NCBI GenBank assembly: GCA_964507305.1
Contig: CAZDPQ010000001.1
Location: 16,507 to 80,506 of the forward strand
Length of the DNA: 64,000 nt
Reading direction: 5' to 3'
DNA from: an uncultured Oscillospiraceae bacterium
Lineage (GTDB): Bacteria; Bacillota; Clostridia; Saccharofermentanales; UBA5734
Numbering within the stretch: the first letter of the stretch is position 1; every line of letters starts with the position of its first letter. Shown here piece by piece: positions 11,640 to 21,100 of this stretch. The translations under genes and the position numbers were made by a program. The notes under the pieces are model-generated. The model worked only from the letters and a program-made list of their open reading frames with translations, had not been told where the DNA came from and did not search any database.

Positions 11640-13010
11640 TTAATAGAACGCTTTCAGCGACAAAACGGCATCTTCGGCATATACCAGGATCGTCCCGTCG
11701 TCCGTTTCGATGAAGGGCAGCCCGAAAATCCTGCTCGTGGGGCTGTCCGCCGAATTCCAGAAGATCCTGCCGGCGCAGAACGCATAAACAGCCGGATCCC
11801 CGCGCATCCGGGCGATCCGCGCCATGCAGGCGTATCCTGCCACGGATTCCGGGGAGGGGACCACGGATGCGGTCAGGATGTCATATGTCTGGTAAAAGGC
11901 CCGGTCATTCAGGAGGACCTGCTTGAGCCAGGAGTAGGTGGACTCTTCGAGTTCGCCCACTTCAGCAAGGCGGAGGGCAATCCGGATCTGGGCGCCGAAA
12001 TCGAACACGGGCGCGGCTCCGAGGTACGGCGCGTAGCCGCTGCCGTCCGCATAATAGCCGGCCCGGAAGAGCGGGGCGGGCGCATCCAGGAGCGCGCCAT
12101 TCACCGCGGCAAGGCTCGATGCGTAGACCGGCGCCCAGCGGCTGTCCAGTTCGCCGAGCAGACGCAGTGCGTACAGGTCGACTCCGGCCAAATCGACGAC
12201 CTTTGCTTTCACCGTGCCATCCGGTCCCGCGGACGGGGAAGCCGTCGGCTTCGGGGTCGGCGTGGCAGAAAAATCGGGGGTCGGGGTGGTCTGCGAAACC
12301 ACGATCTCCGTGTCGGGAGGGAGGATGCCGTACACTGCGCATTGCGGGTACAGCAGGTCCGCCAGCTGTCCGGCGGATGCAAGATAGCTGCCGTTCCGGA
12401 ATTTCGAATACCCTTCGAGTAGGACCCGGCAGTACCTCAGGTTATCGCCGGCCGAAATCCCGCTGTCCGTCACGCCGGAAACGTCACCGTCCGCCGTCGC
12501 GGCTTCGCGGACATAAAAGCCGTCATCGTTCCGGAACGTCCGGCTGATGAGCTTGTACAGCGCGTCGAATTTTCTCCGGTCCCCCTGCTCCGCGTAGTAA
12601 TCAAGCAGCTCGGCCTGATCCCGGAAAAGGAAGCGGCCGGAGACTTCCAGGGTCTTTTTCCATGTGCCGCCGGGGATCCGGCAGGATTCGGCAAGCAATC
12701 CGCCGCGCAGCAGAAGAGTGGAAACGGCACTGCGCATGTCGTCGGCGGATGCGTCGGACGCCATGGTCATGCCGCCGTCCGCGCGGCCCGGAAAGTCCAC
12801 GGCGGCGCTGAACGTGTATTCCGGCTGCACGGGCCGGGCCAGGGAAAAGTACACGGCGGCAGCCGCGGCTCCCGCCGCGAGAATGCCGGCGGCCGCGATA
12901 AGGAGGCGCCTCGCCGCCGGGTGCCTGCCGCCGGTGCCGGATCCGCGCATGCCCGGGCGCCGCTGTGTACCCCGGATCGATCGGAATGCTTTATTTTTCA
13001 CGGAGCTCAT
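11640..13010 (-). CDS. membrane-anchored extracytoplasmic protein of unknown function with an internal Pro/Thr linker
   Basis: N-terminal TM segment (LLIAAAGILAAGAAAAAVYF) and a TPTPDFSATPTPKPTASPS linker. The sequence vaguely resembles (alpha/alpha)6 GH8-like proteins, but I cannot confirm that. Confidence 0.45.
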   Translation of the reverse strand: MSSVKNKAFRSIRGTQRRPGMRGSGTGGRHPAARRLLIAAAGILAAGAAAAAVYFSLARPVQPEYTFSAAVDFPGRADGGMTMASDASADDMRSAVSTLLLRGGLLAESCRIPGGTWKKTLEVSGRFLFRDQAELLDYYAEQGDRRKFDALYKLISRTFRNDDGFYVREAATADGDVSGVTDSGISAGDNLRYCRVLLEGYSKFRNGSYLASAGQLADLLYPQCAVYGILPPDTEIVVSQTTPTPDFSATPTPKPTASPSAGPDGTVKAKVVDLAGVDLYALRLLGELDSRWAPVYASSLAAVNGALLDAPAPLFRAGYYADGSGYAPYLGAAPVFDFGAQIRIALRLAEVGELEESTYSWLKQVLLNDRAFYQTYDILTASVVPSPESVAGYACMARIARMRGDPAVYAFCAGRIFWNSADSPTSRIFGLPFIETDDGTILVYAEDAVLSLKAFY

Positions 13011-13060
13011 ACCCGAATATTATAGCATATCCGGCACTTTCTGGTTTATAATGGAGTCCT

Positions 13061-14332
13061 ATGAAAACGGCGGCGATCATCAGCGAATACAACCCCTTCC
13101 ACAACGGGCATCAGTACCAGATCCGCAGGATCCGCGAGCTTTTCGGAGAGGACTGCGCGGTCGTCGCCATCATGAGCGGCCATTTCGTCCAGCGCGGCGG
13201 ACCCGCCCTGCTGGATAAATGGGCGCGCGCACGGTCGGCTCTGCTGTGCGGAGCGGATCTTGTCATCGAGCTGCCCGCCGCGTATGCGACCTCGAGCGCC
13301 GAGCTGTTCGCCGCCGGCGGCATCGCGGCCGCCGCCGCGACCGGGGTGTGCGGCCTGCTGGTTTTCGGCTCCGAATCCGGCGACCTCGACGCGCTGCAGG
13401 CCGCCGCGGATGTCTTGGCCGATGAGCCGGCATCCTTCCGCGACCTGCTCCGCCTCCATCTCGACGAAGGCCTGTCTTTTCCGGTATCCCGTTCCCTCGC
13501 GCTCGAGGAATCCGGCCTGGTGCCGGGCGCGACGGAGCTGCTTTCCCGCTCCAACAACATCCTCGCGGTCGAATACCTGAAGGCGCTCCGCCGCCGGGGC
13601 ATCACGCACATGAAGCCCTTCACCGTCCGCCGCGAAGGCCAGGACTACAACACCGCTTCGCTCGACGGCGCGCCTCTCGCGAGCGCTTCGGCCATCCGCG
13701 CCTTCCTGCAGCCCCCGTCCCCCGGTCCGGCCGCCATGATCGCGGGGCTGTCCGGCTCCATGCCGGAAGGATCCCTCGCCATCCTGCTGCGCGAGCACCG
13801 TACGGGAAATGTCATATTGTCCGGAGAAGCCTTTGCCGGCGATATCTTCCGTCAGCTGCTGACCCGCCCCGCGGCCGAGATCTCCGGACTCCCCGGAATG
13901 GGCGAAGGTCTCGGCAACCGGCTGAAAGAACTGGCTTCGCGGAATACGGCAGGGGAAAACCGCCTCGAAAGGCTCGTATCGGAAGCCTCGACCCGACGCT
14001 ATCCGCGCTCGAGGGTCCGCCGCGCGCTCAGCCACATGCTTCTGGGCATCACCGGGGACGACCTCGCGGCAGCCGCCGCAGACGGGGCCCCATATTACCT
14101 GCGGGTGCTCGGATCCACCGGCAGAGGACGATACCTGCTGCGGATCATGCGCAAGACCGCTGCCCTCCCGATCATCACCAGAGGGTCGGATTTCCTCGAA
14201 TTCCCGTCCGTCCCGGCGAACGCGCCTTTGAGGCGGATGGCCGCTCTGGATTTTCTCGCGACGGATATCTGGACCCAGCAGACGACCGGCATCTGCGGGA
14301 GGGACTACACCACGCCGCCTCTCACCCTCTGA
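13061..14332 (+). CDS. tmcAL: tRNA(Met) cytidine acetate ligase (nucleotidyltransferase, UPF0348 family)
   Basis: MKTAAIISEYNPFHNGHQYQI...VAIMSGHFVQRGGPAL is the TmcAL signature N-terminus. GGAG lies upstream. Confidence 0.8.
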   Translation: MKTAAIISEYNPFHNGHQYQIRRIRELFGEDCAVVAIMSGHFVQRGGPALLDKWARARSALLCGADLVIELPAAYATSSAELFAAGGIAAAAATGVCGLLVFGSESGDLDALQAAADVLADEPASFRDLLRLHLDEGLSFPVSRSLALEESGLVPGATELLSRSNNILAVEYLKALRRRGITHMKPFTVRREGQDYNTASLDGAPLASASAIRAFLQPPSPGPAAMIAGLSGSMPEGSLAILLREHRTGNVILSGEAFAGDIFRQLLTRPAAEISGLPGMGEGLGNRLKELASRNTAGENRLERLVSEASTRRYPRSRVRRALSHMLLGITGDDLAAAAADGAPYYLRVLGSTGRGRYLLRIMRKTAALPIITRGSDFLEFPSVPANAPLRRMAALDFLATDIWTQQTTGICGRDYTTPPLTL

Positions 14333-14378
14333 CCGGCCGGGATCCGGCTGTTGCCTCCCGATCCGGCCATTCCGGCCT

Positions 14379-14942
14379 TCATCCGCCGGTCTGCCCGGCC
14401 GGCACGCGGGCGCGGACCGCATCTTCGACGGCGGCATAATTCGCTCTTGTGCAGAAAATCGCGATCTTCTCGGTATATTCGCCCAGAACAAGGATCGTGT
14501 GCTGTCTCGGATAAAAACAGACCCGGCTCACGTATTCCCACCGGATCCTCGTCAGCTGCCGGTGACGAGGCGTCTGAACGCCGCCCGCAGAGGAAATGTT
14601 CCCCCTGACGAGATTGAAAACCGATACGATGGTATTCAGCGTACGGTTTTCCGGCGGCCTTTTCATCTTCGTATAATTGACGATCCCGACATCATCGATG
14701 ATGTAGCCGGGCGCATACCGCCCCCCGTAAAGCGCCAGGGTCAGGAGCATGATCAGGGCAAACAGGATCCCGATCAGGCCGAGGCCGTATCGAATGTCCG
14801 CAGCAGCGATGTGACCAAGGTATGCCATGGTAAGGAACAGGGCGAGGATCAGGAGCGGGATGCCGAGGGCGAGCATGAATCCCCTCAGGATAAACCGGTT
14901 CCTGTAGAAAGGCACCCTGACCTGCCATTGGATCGTCTCCAT
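14379..14942 (-). CDS. hypothetical membrane protein
   Basis: Two long hydrophobic helices. The ORF-track start at 14951 is GTG. ATG 14942 follows GGGGAGG by 8 nt. Confidence 0.45.
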   Translation of the reverse strand: METIQWQVRVPFYRNRFILRGFMLALGIPLLILALFLTMAYLGHIAAADIRYGLGLIGILFALIMLLTLALYGGRYAPGYIIDDVGIVNYTKMKRPPENRTLNTIVSVFNLVRGNISSAGGVQTPRHRQLTRIRWEYVSRVCFYPRQHTILVLGEYTEKIAIFCTRANYAAVEDAVRARVPAGQTGG

Positions 14943-15063
14943 CGGATCCACCTCCCCGCGCTGCGCCCGGCGTCATGGCCGTCGCGCCGACCCTATTGCC
15001 ATTATATCAAATCCCGCGGAACACGGGCCTTACAAATTCCGCGCGAAAGGAAAATGATCCGCA

Positions 15064-16119
15064 TCACGTATAGTAAAAGGCATATGTTTCCATCGCATCC
15101 ATGACTGCCTTCACATTCCGGAGCGGGATCCCGGGATAAAGGCCGTAGACCATCATAAGGCCGCCTTCGCGCCGGCCGATCTTCCGCACCTCGCTGCGGA
15201 CCAGCTCATCGATCTGCTCCGGCGTTCCCCTGCTCGTAATGAACTGCCGGTCGATATCGAGCTCGACGCATGTTTTCCCTGCTAGTTTTTCCGCGATCCA
15301 GTCGATCCCGTTGACCAGATCCTGAAGATTCATGACATCGACGCCTCCGTCGAGGATATCGTCCAGGAGATCGTGAAGATCGCCGTCCGAATGCATGTGG
15401 ACGATGATGCCGCACTCTTTTGCGGGTTTCATCAGACGGCGGTAGACCGGTTTGATGTATTCGCGGAAATGGGCGGGCGAAAGCATGGGCCCCCTTTGCA
15501 TGCCGAGATCTTCGGCATACATCATCAGATCCACGCCCATATCGATATACCGCTTCACAATGCCTTCATTGAATTCCTCGACCTTGTTCAGCAGGGTGAA
15601 CAGGCGGGGTTCCTCGTCTGCCATGTCGAAAATAAGATTCTGATATCCGCGGATGTCGCACATCTGCAGGAACGTGTGCCCGTGACGCAGTCCGCCTGCG
15701 CGCAGGTCGCCGTTTTCTCCGGCTATCCTCATGTTTTCCGCGACGTTCTCCCAATCTGCCGGCCCGATCCCCATGACTGCGGAAGGATCGGGGAATGCAT
15801 AATGATCCAGCGCAGCCCAGTCTTCCAGAGGGTGGCGGGTGACGGTTCCCGTAATGCCGTCTTCTGCAGTCTCCCAAACGCATCCGAAATCGTCGGTGAA
15901 AGGAGCATCCTTTCGCGCAACAAGGGAAAAACGGGGGGTATAATGCCCTTCGGGACGATGAAAGCCGGGAAACAGAAACCGATGGGATTCCATCAGGTCA
16001 AACAGGTATTCCTGTGGATAATTCTGCCAGCAGGAGTCGTTGATGTGGAAATTCATCGGGATGTGATCCGGTTTCTCGAAGCGGATGGCTTTTAAAACGG
16101 TTTCTCTGCTGCCCATCAT
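15064..16119 (-). CDS. uroporphyrinogen decarboxylase (URO-D) family protein, MtaA/CmuA-like
   Basis: N-terminus ETVLKAIRFEKPDHIPMNF and overall length are typical of URO-D-like methyltransferase/decarboxylase homologues. GGGAGG RBS. Confidence 0.7.
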   Translation of the reverse strand: MMGSRETVLKAIRFEKPDHIPMNFHINDSCWQNYPQEYLFDLMESHRFLFPGFHRPEGHYTPRFSLVARKDAPFTDDFGCVWETAEDGITGTVTRHPLEDWAALDHYAFPDPSAVMGIGPADWENVAENMRIAGENGDLRAGGLRHGHTFLQMCDIRGYQNLIFDMADEEPRLFTLLNKVEEFNEGIVKRYIDMGVDLMMYAEDLGMQRGPMLSPAHFREYIKPVYRRLMKPAKECGIIVHMHSDGDLHDLLDDILDGGVDVMNLQDLVNGIDWIAEKLAGKTCVELDIDRQFITSRGTPEQIDELVRSEVRKIGRREGGLMMVYGLYPGIPLRNVKAVMDAMETYAFYYT

Positions 16120-16299
16120 ATATTACCTCCCGAATGCTTGTCGGTAGAGGTCTTATTATAAAGAATCCGCCCGCTGAAGTAAACCGGGCCGGGATTTATG
16201 GATCGGATCCGTATGGATCGGGCGGTCCGGTCCCTTTACTTCGTGGCCCGTTTCCGCTATCATTAGGCACAGGATCATCAGAAAAAAAACGGGAGACCC

Positions 16300-17346
16300 A
16301 TGAAAAGTTTTACAATCACAGAAAAGAACAGCGGCAGGCATGTCATCCGCGTCATCACGGGCGAATTTCCGTCCATGAGCCTGATCGCCCTGCGGCACGC
16401 GCTCAAGGACAGGGATATCCGCGTCAACGGCAGGCGGATACGGGAGGATGTCCCGGTGTCCGAGGGGGATGAGGTCGCCGTTTATCTGCCGGATGATGTT
16501 CTCGAGGGTCGCGCGCTGCGCGATGCCGCCAAGCCTGCGGGCAGCCCGGGTGGCAGCCGCGAGGGTAGCCGCGGTGCCGCCGGTGAAACCTCCCGGCAGG
16601 CCGGCCGGCCGCAATACAAGGTCATTTACAGCGATGACAATATCATTGTCGTGAGCAAGAGCCCGGGGATCCCGGTCCATTCCGGCGAAGGAGTCACCGC
16701 CGTCACGCTGATCGACAGGGTCCGCGGCGATTTCGGCGATTCGGGGATCCAGCTCTGCCACAGGATCGACATGAATACCGGCGGCCTCGTGCTCCTCGCG
16801 CGGAATGAGCGGGCGGTGCGCGAGATCGGCGCGGCGATCCGGTCCGGGCTGCTGTACAAGCGGTACCGCTGCCTGGTCAGGGGGAGGCCCGCGGAGGGCA
16901 GGCCGGTGGTCTGCGCCGACAAGACGAAAATGTTCGAGCTGCGGGCGTACCACGAGCGCGGGGGCGCCGACAATGAAGTCTATATCCATGACGAAGAGAG
17001 ATCCGGCGACACCGAAATCGTGACCCGGTACCGGATCCTGAACCGTTTCGACGGCGCCGGACCCGGCGGTGAATCCGTCAGCGAGCTTGAGGTCGAGCTG
17101 TCGTCCGGCAGGATGCACCAGATCCGGGCACATCTCGCCCATCTCGGCCATCCGCTTCTCGGTGACGGCCGGTACGGCCGGAACGCCTACAACAGGCACT
17201 TCCGGACAGCGGACGGCGGTTATCTGAGGCACCAGCAACTGTGGGCGACATCCATCCATTTTCTGAAGCTGCCGGACAACTCAGCCCTGGCCTATCTGTC
17301 GGGCAGAGTCTTCAAGGGTTCCGCCGATTTCGACATCCGCTTCTGA
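16300..17346 (+). CDS. RluA-family pseudouridine synthase with S4-like N-terminal domain
   Basis: HRIDMNTGGLVLLAR catalytic-Asp motif and GRMHQIRAHLAHLGHPLLGDGRYG. Confidence 0.85.
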   Translation: MKSFTITEKNSGRHVIRVITGEFPSMSLIALRHALKDRDIRVNGRRIREDVPVSEGDEVAVYLPDDVLEGRALRDAAKPAGSPGGSREGSRGAAGETSRQAGRPQYKVIYSDDNIIVVSKSPGIPVHSGEGVTAVTLIDRVRGDFGDSGIQLCHRIDMNTGGLVLLARNERAVREIGAAIRSGLLYKRYRCLVRGRPAEGRPVVCADKTKMFELRAYHERGGADNEVYIHDEERSGDTEIVTRYRILNRFDGAGPGGESVSELEVELSSGRMHQIRAHLAHLGHPLLGDGRYGRNAYNRHFRTADGGYLRHQQLWATSIHFLKLPDNSALAYLSGRVFKGSADFDIRF

Positions 17347-17362
17347 CGGCGGAGCCCCCCGA

Positions 17363-17962
17363 TCAGACATCGCCGCTGAAGCGGTCGGAATGGACGAATT
17401 CGGTGTGTTCGAATCCTTTGCGGTCTGTCATGCAGATCAGAAAACATAAATCTTCACCGGAAGAAATGCCGGTAAATGTCAGCGTGATAATATCATACTG
17501 GGTGCTGTCAACTCCATACCGGCTGTATTTGTCTTCCCCGGTTCCTTCGGCTAAGGCCGGTATGACGATCCTGTCAAAGTTGATAATTCCGTCGGACTCG
17601 CTGCCGGTCAGGATCACGATCTGCAGATGATCATAGTCGGTTTTCGGAAGCCTGATGTCCATGGAATCGAGAGATCCGGCCGTAATGTTTTTCCCTAAAT
17701 AGTAACCCGGATCGGACACCGCACCGTATGCTTCGGCTAGATTGCTGAAGTTCCGGCAACGCGCAAGCTCAAGTTCCAGATCGGAGATCCGGGCTTCGAG
17801 TACATCGACCTGTGCCTGCAGATCGGTGCCGTTCTCGCTGACCGACCCGGATGCTGTATACGAGTCGGAATCGGATGATCTGGAATCCGTGTCGCCCGTG
17901 CTGCAGCTAGTGCCCGCTATGATAATCAAAATGCAGATCAGAAACAGAAAAGACTTTCGCAT
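17363..17962 (-). CDS. hypothetical lipoprotein
   Basis: MRKSFLFLICILIIIAGTSC signal/lipobox. ATG 17962 follows AAAGGATGG. GC content is visibly lower than in neighbouring genes. Confidence 0.5.
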   Translation of the reverse strand: MRKSFLFLICILIIIAGTSCSTGDTDSRSSDSDSYTASGSVSENGTDLQAQVDVLEARISDLELELARCRNFSNLAEAYGAVSDPGYYLGKNITAGSLDSMDIRLPKTDYDHLQIVILTGSESDGIINFDRIVIPALAEGTGEDKYSRYGVDSTQYDIITLTFTGISSGEDLCFLICMTDRKGFEHTEFVHSDRFSGDV

Positions 17963-17980
17963 CACAATCCATCCTTTCAT

Positions 17981-18366
17981 TTATAAATGAAATATCTCAT
18001 TATGCGGTCTTATATAATGCTTGATCATACATCATTTAAATTTTCATCCGATAAAGGAATTGACCACCGTAATCCTCTGCATATCTTAAAGTAAAAATAT
18101 TTAGTAATATTCTTAAACCACCTCCTACATACTGCATAAAACTATGATTTGCTATAACTATAGCACTAAGTATATATTTGTGCAAGTAAATTAATTGTAA
18201 CTGAAATTTACAATATATTTTATTCAATTAGCGATTAGATATATTAATTTGATATATTGAGGACAAAGAAAGTAAGTGAGTAAATGGATACTATATATAT
18301 GCCGACAGTACTCACACTACTCTTCAATTATTAGATTATTAGTCATAATATATTGAGAATATATCC
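17981..18366. other. extremely AT-rich non-coding island
   Basis: A hand count of one 60-nt line (18161-18220) gives 12 G+C out of 60, against 45 out of 60 for a proS line. The only ORF is a 63-aa TTG-start ORF. There are internal collinear repeats at 18223-18262 and 18323-18359. Confidence 0.8.
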
Positions 18367-21036
18367 TTATTTTATAGCCGCCTTTTCGATCACGATGTCG
18401 CCGTCCCGGACCACGACTTTCGCCGTGTCGCCCGCAGCGACGATGCCGTCCAGCATCGCTTCGGACAGCCGGTCCTCGACCAGCGACTGGATGACCCGGC
18501 GGAGCGGCCGTGCGCCGTATGAAGGATCATAGCCCTTGTCCGCCAGAAAATCCCGCGCTTCGTCGGTCACATCGAGGGTGATGCCGGTTTCCGCGATGCG
18601 CTTGATCAGGTTGCGGATCATGATGCCGACGATCTGTTTCATGGAACCGCGGGTCAGCATGTGGAAGAAAATGATCTCGTCGACCCGGTTGATGAACTCC
18701 GGATTGAAGGTTTTCTTGAGCTCATCGACGACAAGAGCTTTCGCCTCGGCGAAATTGCGGCCTCCGTACATCCCGTCATCCGTCTCCTTGAGCACACTTT
18801 CCGCGGCATCGGAAGACTTCGGCAGGTCGAATCCGATCCGACGCCCCTGCGACCCGGACAGCATTCTCGCTCCGACATTGGAAGTCATGATGATGATGGT
18901 GTTCTTGAAATCCACCGTCCTGCCCTGTCCGTCGGTCAGCCGTCCGTCCTCCAGGATCTGGAGCAGCGAATTGAACACATCGGGGTGAGCCTTTTCGATC
19001 TCGTCGAACAGCAGGACCGAGTAAGGCTTGCGGCGGACTTTTTCCGTCAGCTGGCCGCCTTCGTCGTACCCGACATAGCCCGGGGGCGAGCCGATCAGCT
19101 TGCTGACATCGAATTTTTCCATATATTCGGACATATCAAGGCGGATCAGGGCGTTTTCCGTCCCGAACATCACCTCGGCAAGCGCCTTGGCCAGCTCGGT
19201 CTTCCCGACGCCGGTCGTGCCGAGGAAAATGAAGGAGCCGGCCGGACGCTTCGGGTCTTTCAGGCCCAGCCTGCCGCGGCGGATCGCTTTCGCCACGGAG
19301 CGGACCGCCTCATCCTGGCCGATCACCCTTTTGTGCAGCTCGTCCTCGAGGCTGCGCAGCTTCTCGGAATCCGTCTCCGTCAATTTCCGGACCGGGATCC
19401 CGGTCCAGTTCGACACGATGTTCGCGACCTCATCGACGGTCAGGATGTTGCTCTCGGTATCCTGGCGCTGCCTCCATTTCTCCCGCTCCGCATCAAGCTC
19501 CGAGGACGCCGCGGCGGCTTCTTCGCGGTATTTCGCCGCCGCCTCGAAATCTTCCCTTTCCGCCGCGGCTTTCTTGAGCCCGTTCAATTCACCGATCTTT
19601 TTCTCATATTCCTTGAAGGATTCAGGTTCGGTAAAAGACTTCATGCGGTGCCTCGAAGCAGCTTCGTCGATCAGGTCGATCCCCTTGTCCGGCAGGAAAC
19701 GGTCCGTGATATAGCGGACCGAAAGCTTGACCGCTTCGTCGATCACCTCGTCCGTGATTTTCACATTGTGGTGCGCCTCGTATTTGTCCCGGATCCCCTT
19801 GAGGATCAGGACCGCTTCCTCTTCCGACGGCTCTCCGACGGTGACAGGCTGGAAACGCCTGGCGAACGCGGCATCCTTTTCCACATGCTTCCGGTATTCA
19901 TCCGTCGTTGTCGCGCCGATGATCTGCAGCTGCCCGCGCGTCAGGACGGGCTTGAGGATGTTGGCGGCATCCATCGCCCCTTCCGCTCCGCCGGCGCCGA
20001 TCACGGTGTGGAGTTCGTCAAGGAAAATGATGACATTCTTTGCGACGATGGCCTCCGTCAGCGCGTTCTTGAAGCGTTCCTCGAACTCGCCGCGGTATTT
20101 CGCGCCGGCGATCATACCGGAAAGGTCCAGCGCGATGATCCGTTTGTTCTTGAGCATCTCGGGTGCATCCCCGTGCGCGATCTTCTGTGCGAGGCCTTCC
20201 GCGATCGCGGTCTTCCCGACGCCGGGCTCGCCGATCAGGCATGGGTTGTTCTTCGTCCGCCTGCATAGGATCTGCATGACTCTTTCGATCTCTTCCTCGC
20301 GTCCGATGATCGGGTCGAACTCCCCGTTCGACGCGGCACCGGTCATATCTCTGCCGTACTTGTCCAGATTGGGGGTTTTCCCCTTGCCTTTCGGCTTCCC
20401 GGCGGCGCCGGACTTTTCACCTGTACCGTATGTTTTCCCTATGTTCTGGTTGATCTCGTCCAGCTCGCTGTCGCCGGGGCCGTCCCCGCCGGATCCGGGC
20501 ATCCCGCCGCTGTCGTCTCCGCCGCCCTCGCCGCCGTCCTCCGATCCTTCTTCACCGCCGCCTTCGCCCTCGCCGGAAGACAGCGAGGCCATCAGCTCCG
20601 CGTAAACCCTGCGGACATCCGTGCCGGAAGCCGTCATGATCTTGAGCGCCATATTCTCGCCCTCGCGGATGATCGCGATCAGCAGATGCTCCGGTTCGAC
20701 CGCGCTCTGCCCCGCACTCCTTGCAGCCATCGCGGCGATCTCCAGCACGCGTTTCGTGCGCGGCGTGAACATCTCGATCATTTTATGGATCTCGACTTCC
20801 TCTCCGATATCCGCGTTTTCATCCATCTTTTTCCCCGAAACCTGTGCGAGCGCGTTGACCATCGCCTCGTCCGTCAGCCCTTCCGCCGACAGAAGGTCGA
20901 ACGCCGCGTTTTCGCCCTCGCCGAAAATCCCGTACAGCAGGTGTTCCGTTCCGACGTACTCCAGCCCGCTCCTGCGTGCCGCTTCGTACGCGCGCTTCAT
21001 CACCATGCCGGTCCTCTCCGAAAATCTCACCATCAT
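18367..21036 (-). CDS. clpC: ATP-dependent Clp protease ATP-binding subunit ClpC
   Basis: Double Clp_N repeat, two Walker A motifs (GEPGVGKTAIAEG and GTTGVGKTELAKA), and operon context after mcsB. Confidence 0.95.
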   Translation of the reverse strand: MMVRFSERTGMVMKRAYEAARRSGLEYVGTEHLLYGIFGEGENAAFDLLSAEGLTDEAMVNALAQVSGKKMDENADIGEEVEIHKMIEMFTPRTKRVLEIAAMAARSAGQSAVEPEHLLIAIIREGENMALKIMTASGTDVRRVYAELMASLSSGEGEGGGEEGSEDGGEGGGDDSGGMPGSGGDGPGDSELDEINQNIGKTYGTGEKSGAAGKPKGKGKTPNLDKYGRDMTGAASNGEFDPIIGREEEIERVMQILCRRTKNNPCLIGEPGVGKTAIAEGLAQKIAHGDAPEMLKNKRIIALDLSGMIAGAKYRGEFEERFKNALTEAIVAKNVIIFLDELHTVIGAGGAEGAMDAANILKPVLTRGQLQIIGATTTDEYRKHVEKDAAFARRFQPVTVGEPSEEEAVLILKGIRDKYEAHHNVKITDEVIDEAVKLSVRYITDRFLPDKGIDLIDEAASRHRMKSFTEPESFKEYEKKIGELNGLKKAAAEREDFEAAAKYREEAAAASSELDAEREKWRQRQDTESNILTVDEVANIVSNWTGIPVRKLTETDSEKLRSLEDELHKRVIGQDEAVRSVAKAIRRGRLGLKDPKRPAGSFIFLGTTGVGKTELAKALAEVMFGTENALIRLDMSEYMEKFDVSKLIGSPPGYVGYDEGGQLTEKVRRKPYSVLLFDEIEKAHPDVFNSLLQILEDGRLTDGQGRTVDFKNTIIIMTSNVGARMLSGSQGRRIGFDLPKSSDAAESVLKETDDGMYGGRNFAEAKALVVDELKKTFNPEFINRVDEIIFFHMLTRGSMKQIVGIMIRNLIKRIAETGITLDVTDEARDFLADKGYDPSYGARPLRRVIQSLVEDRLSEAMLDGIVAAGDTAKVVVRDGDIVIEKAAIK

Positions 21037-21100
21037 ATGCCCCTCCCATTCTCCCGGTTGCCGTGCCGCCGGGAAACCGTCTGTCCGCCGAAGCTGCCGT

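Noticed and set aside
18036-18227. 63-aa ORF inside the AT-rich island
   Set aside because: It has a TTG start, no SD and a composition-driven sequence rich in Ile, Leu, Tyr and Lys. An ORF of this size is expected by chance in stop-poor stretches of one strand. It is retained only as a remark under the AT-rich island.
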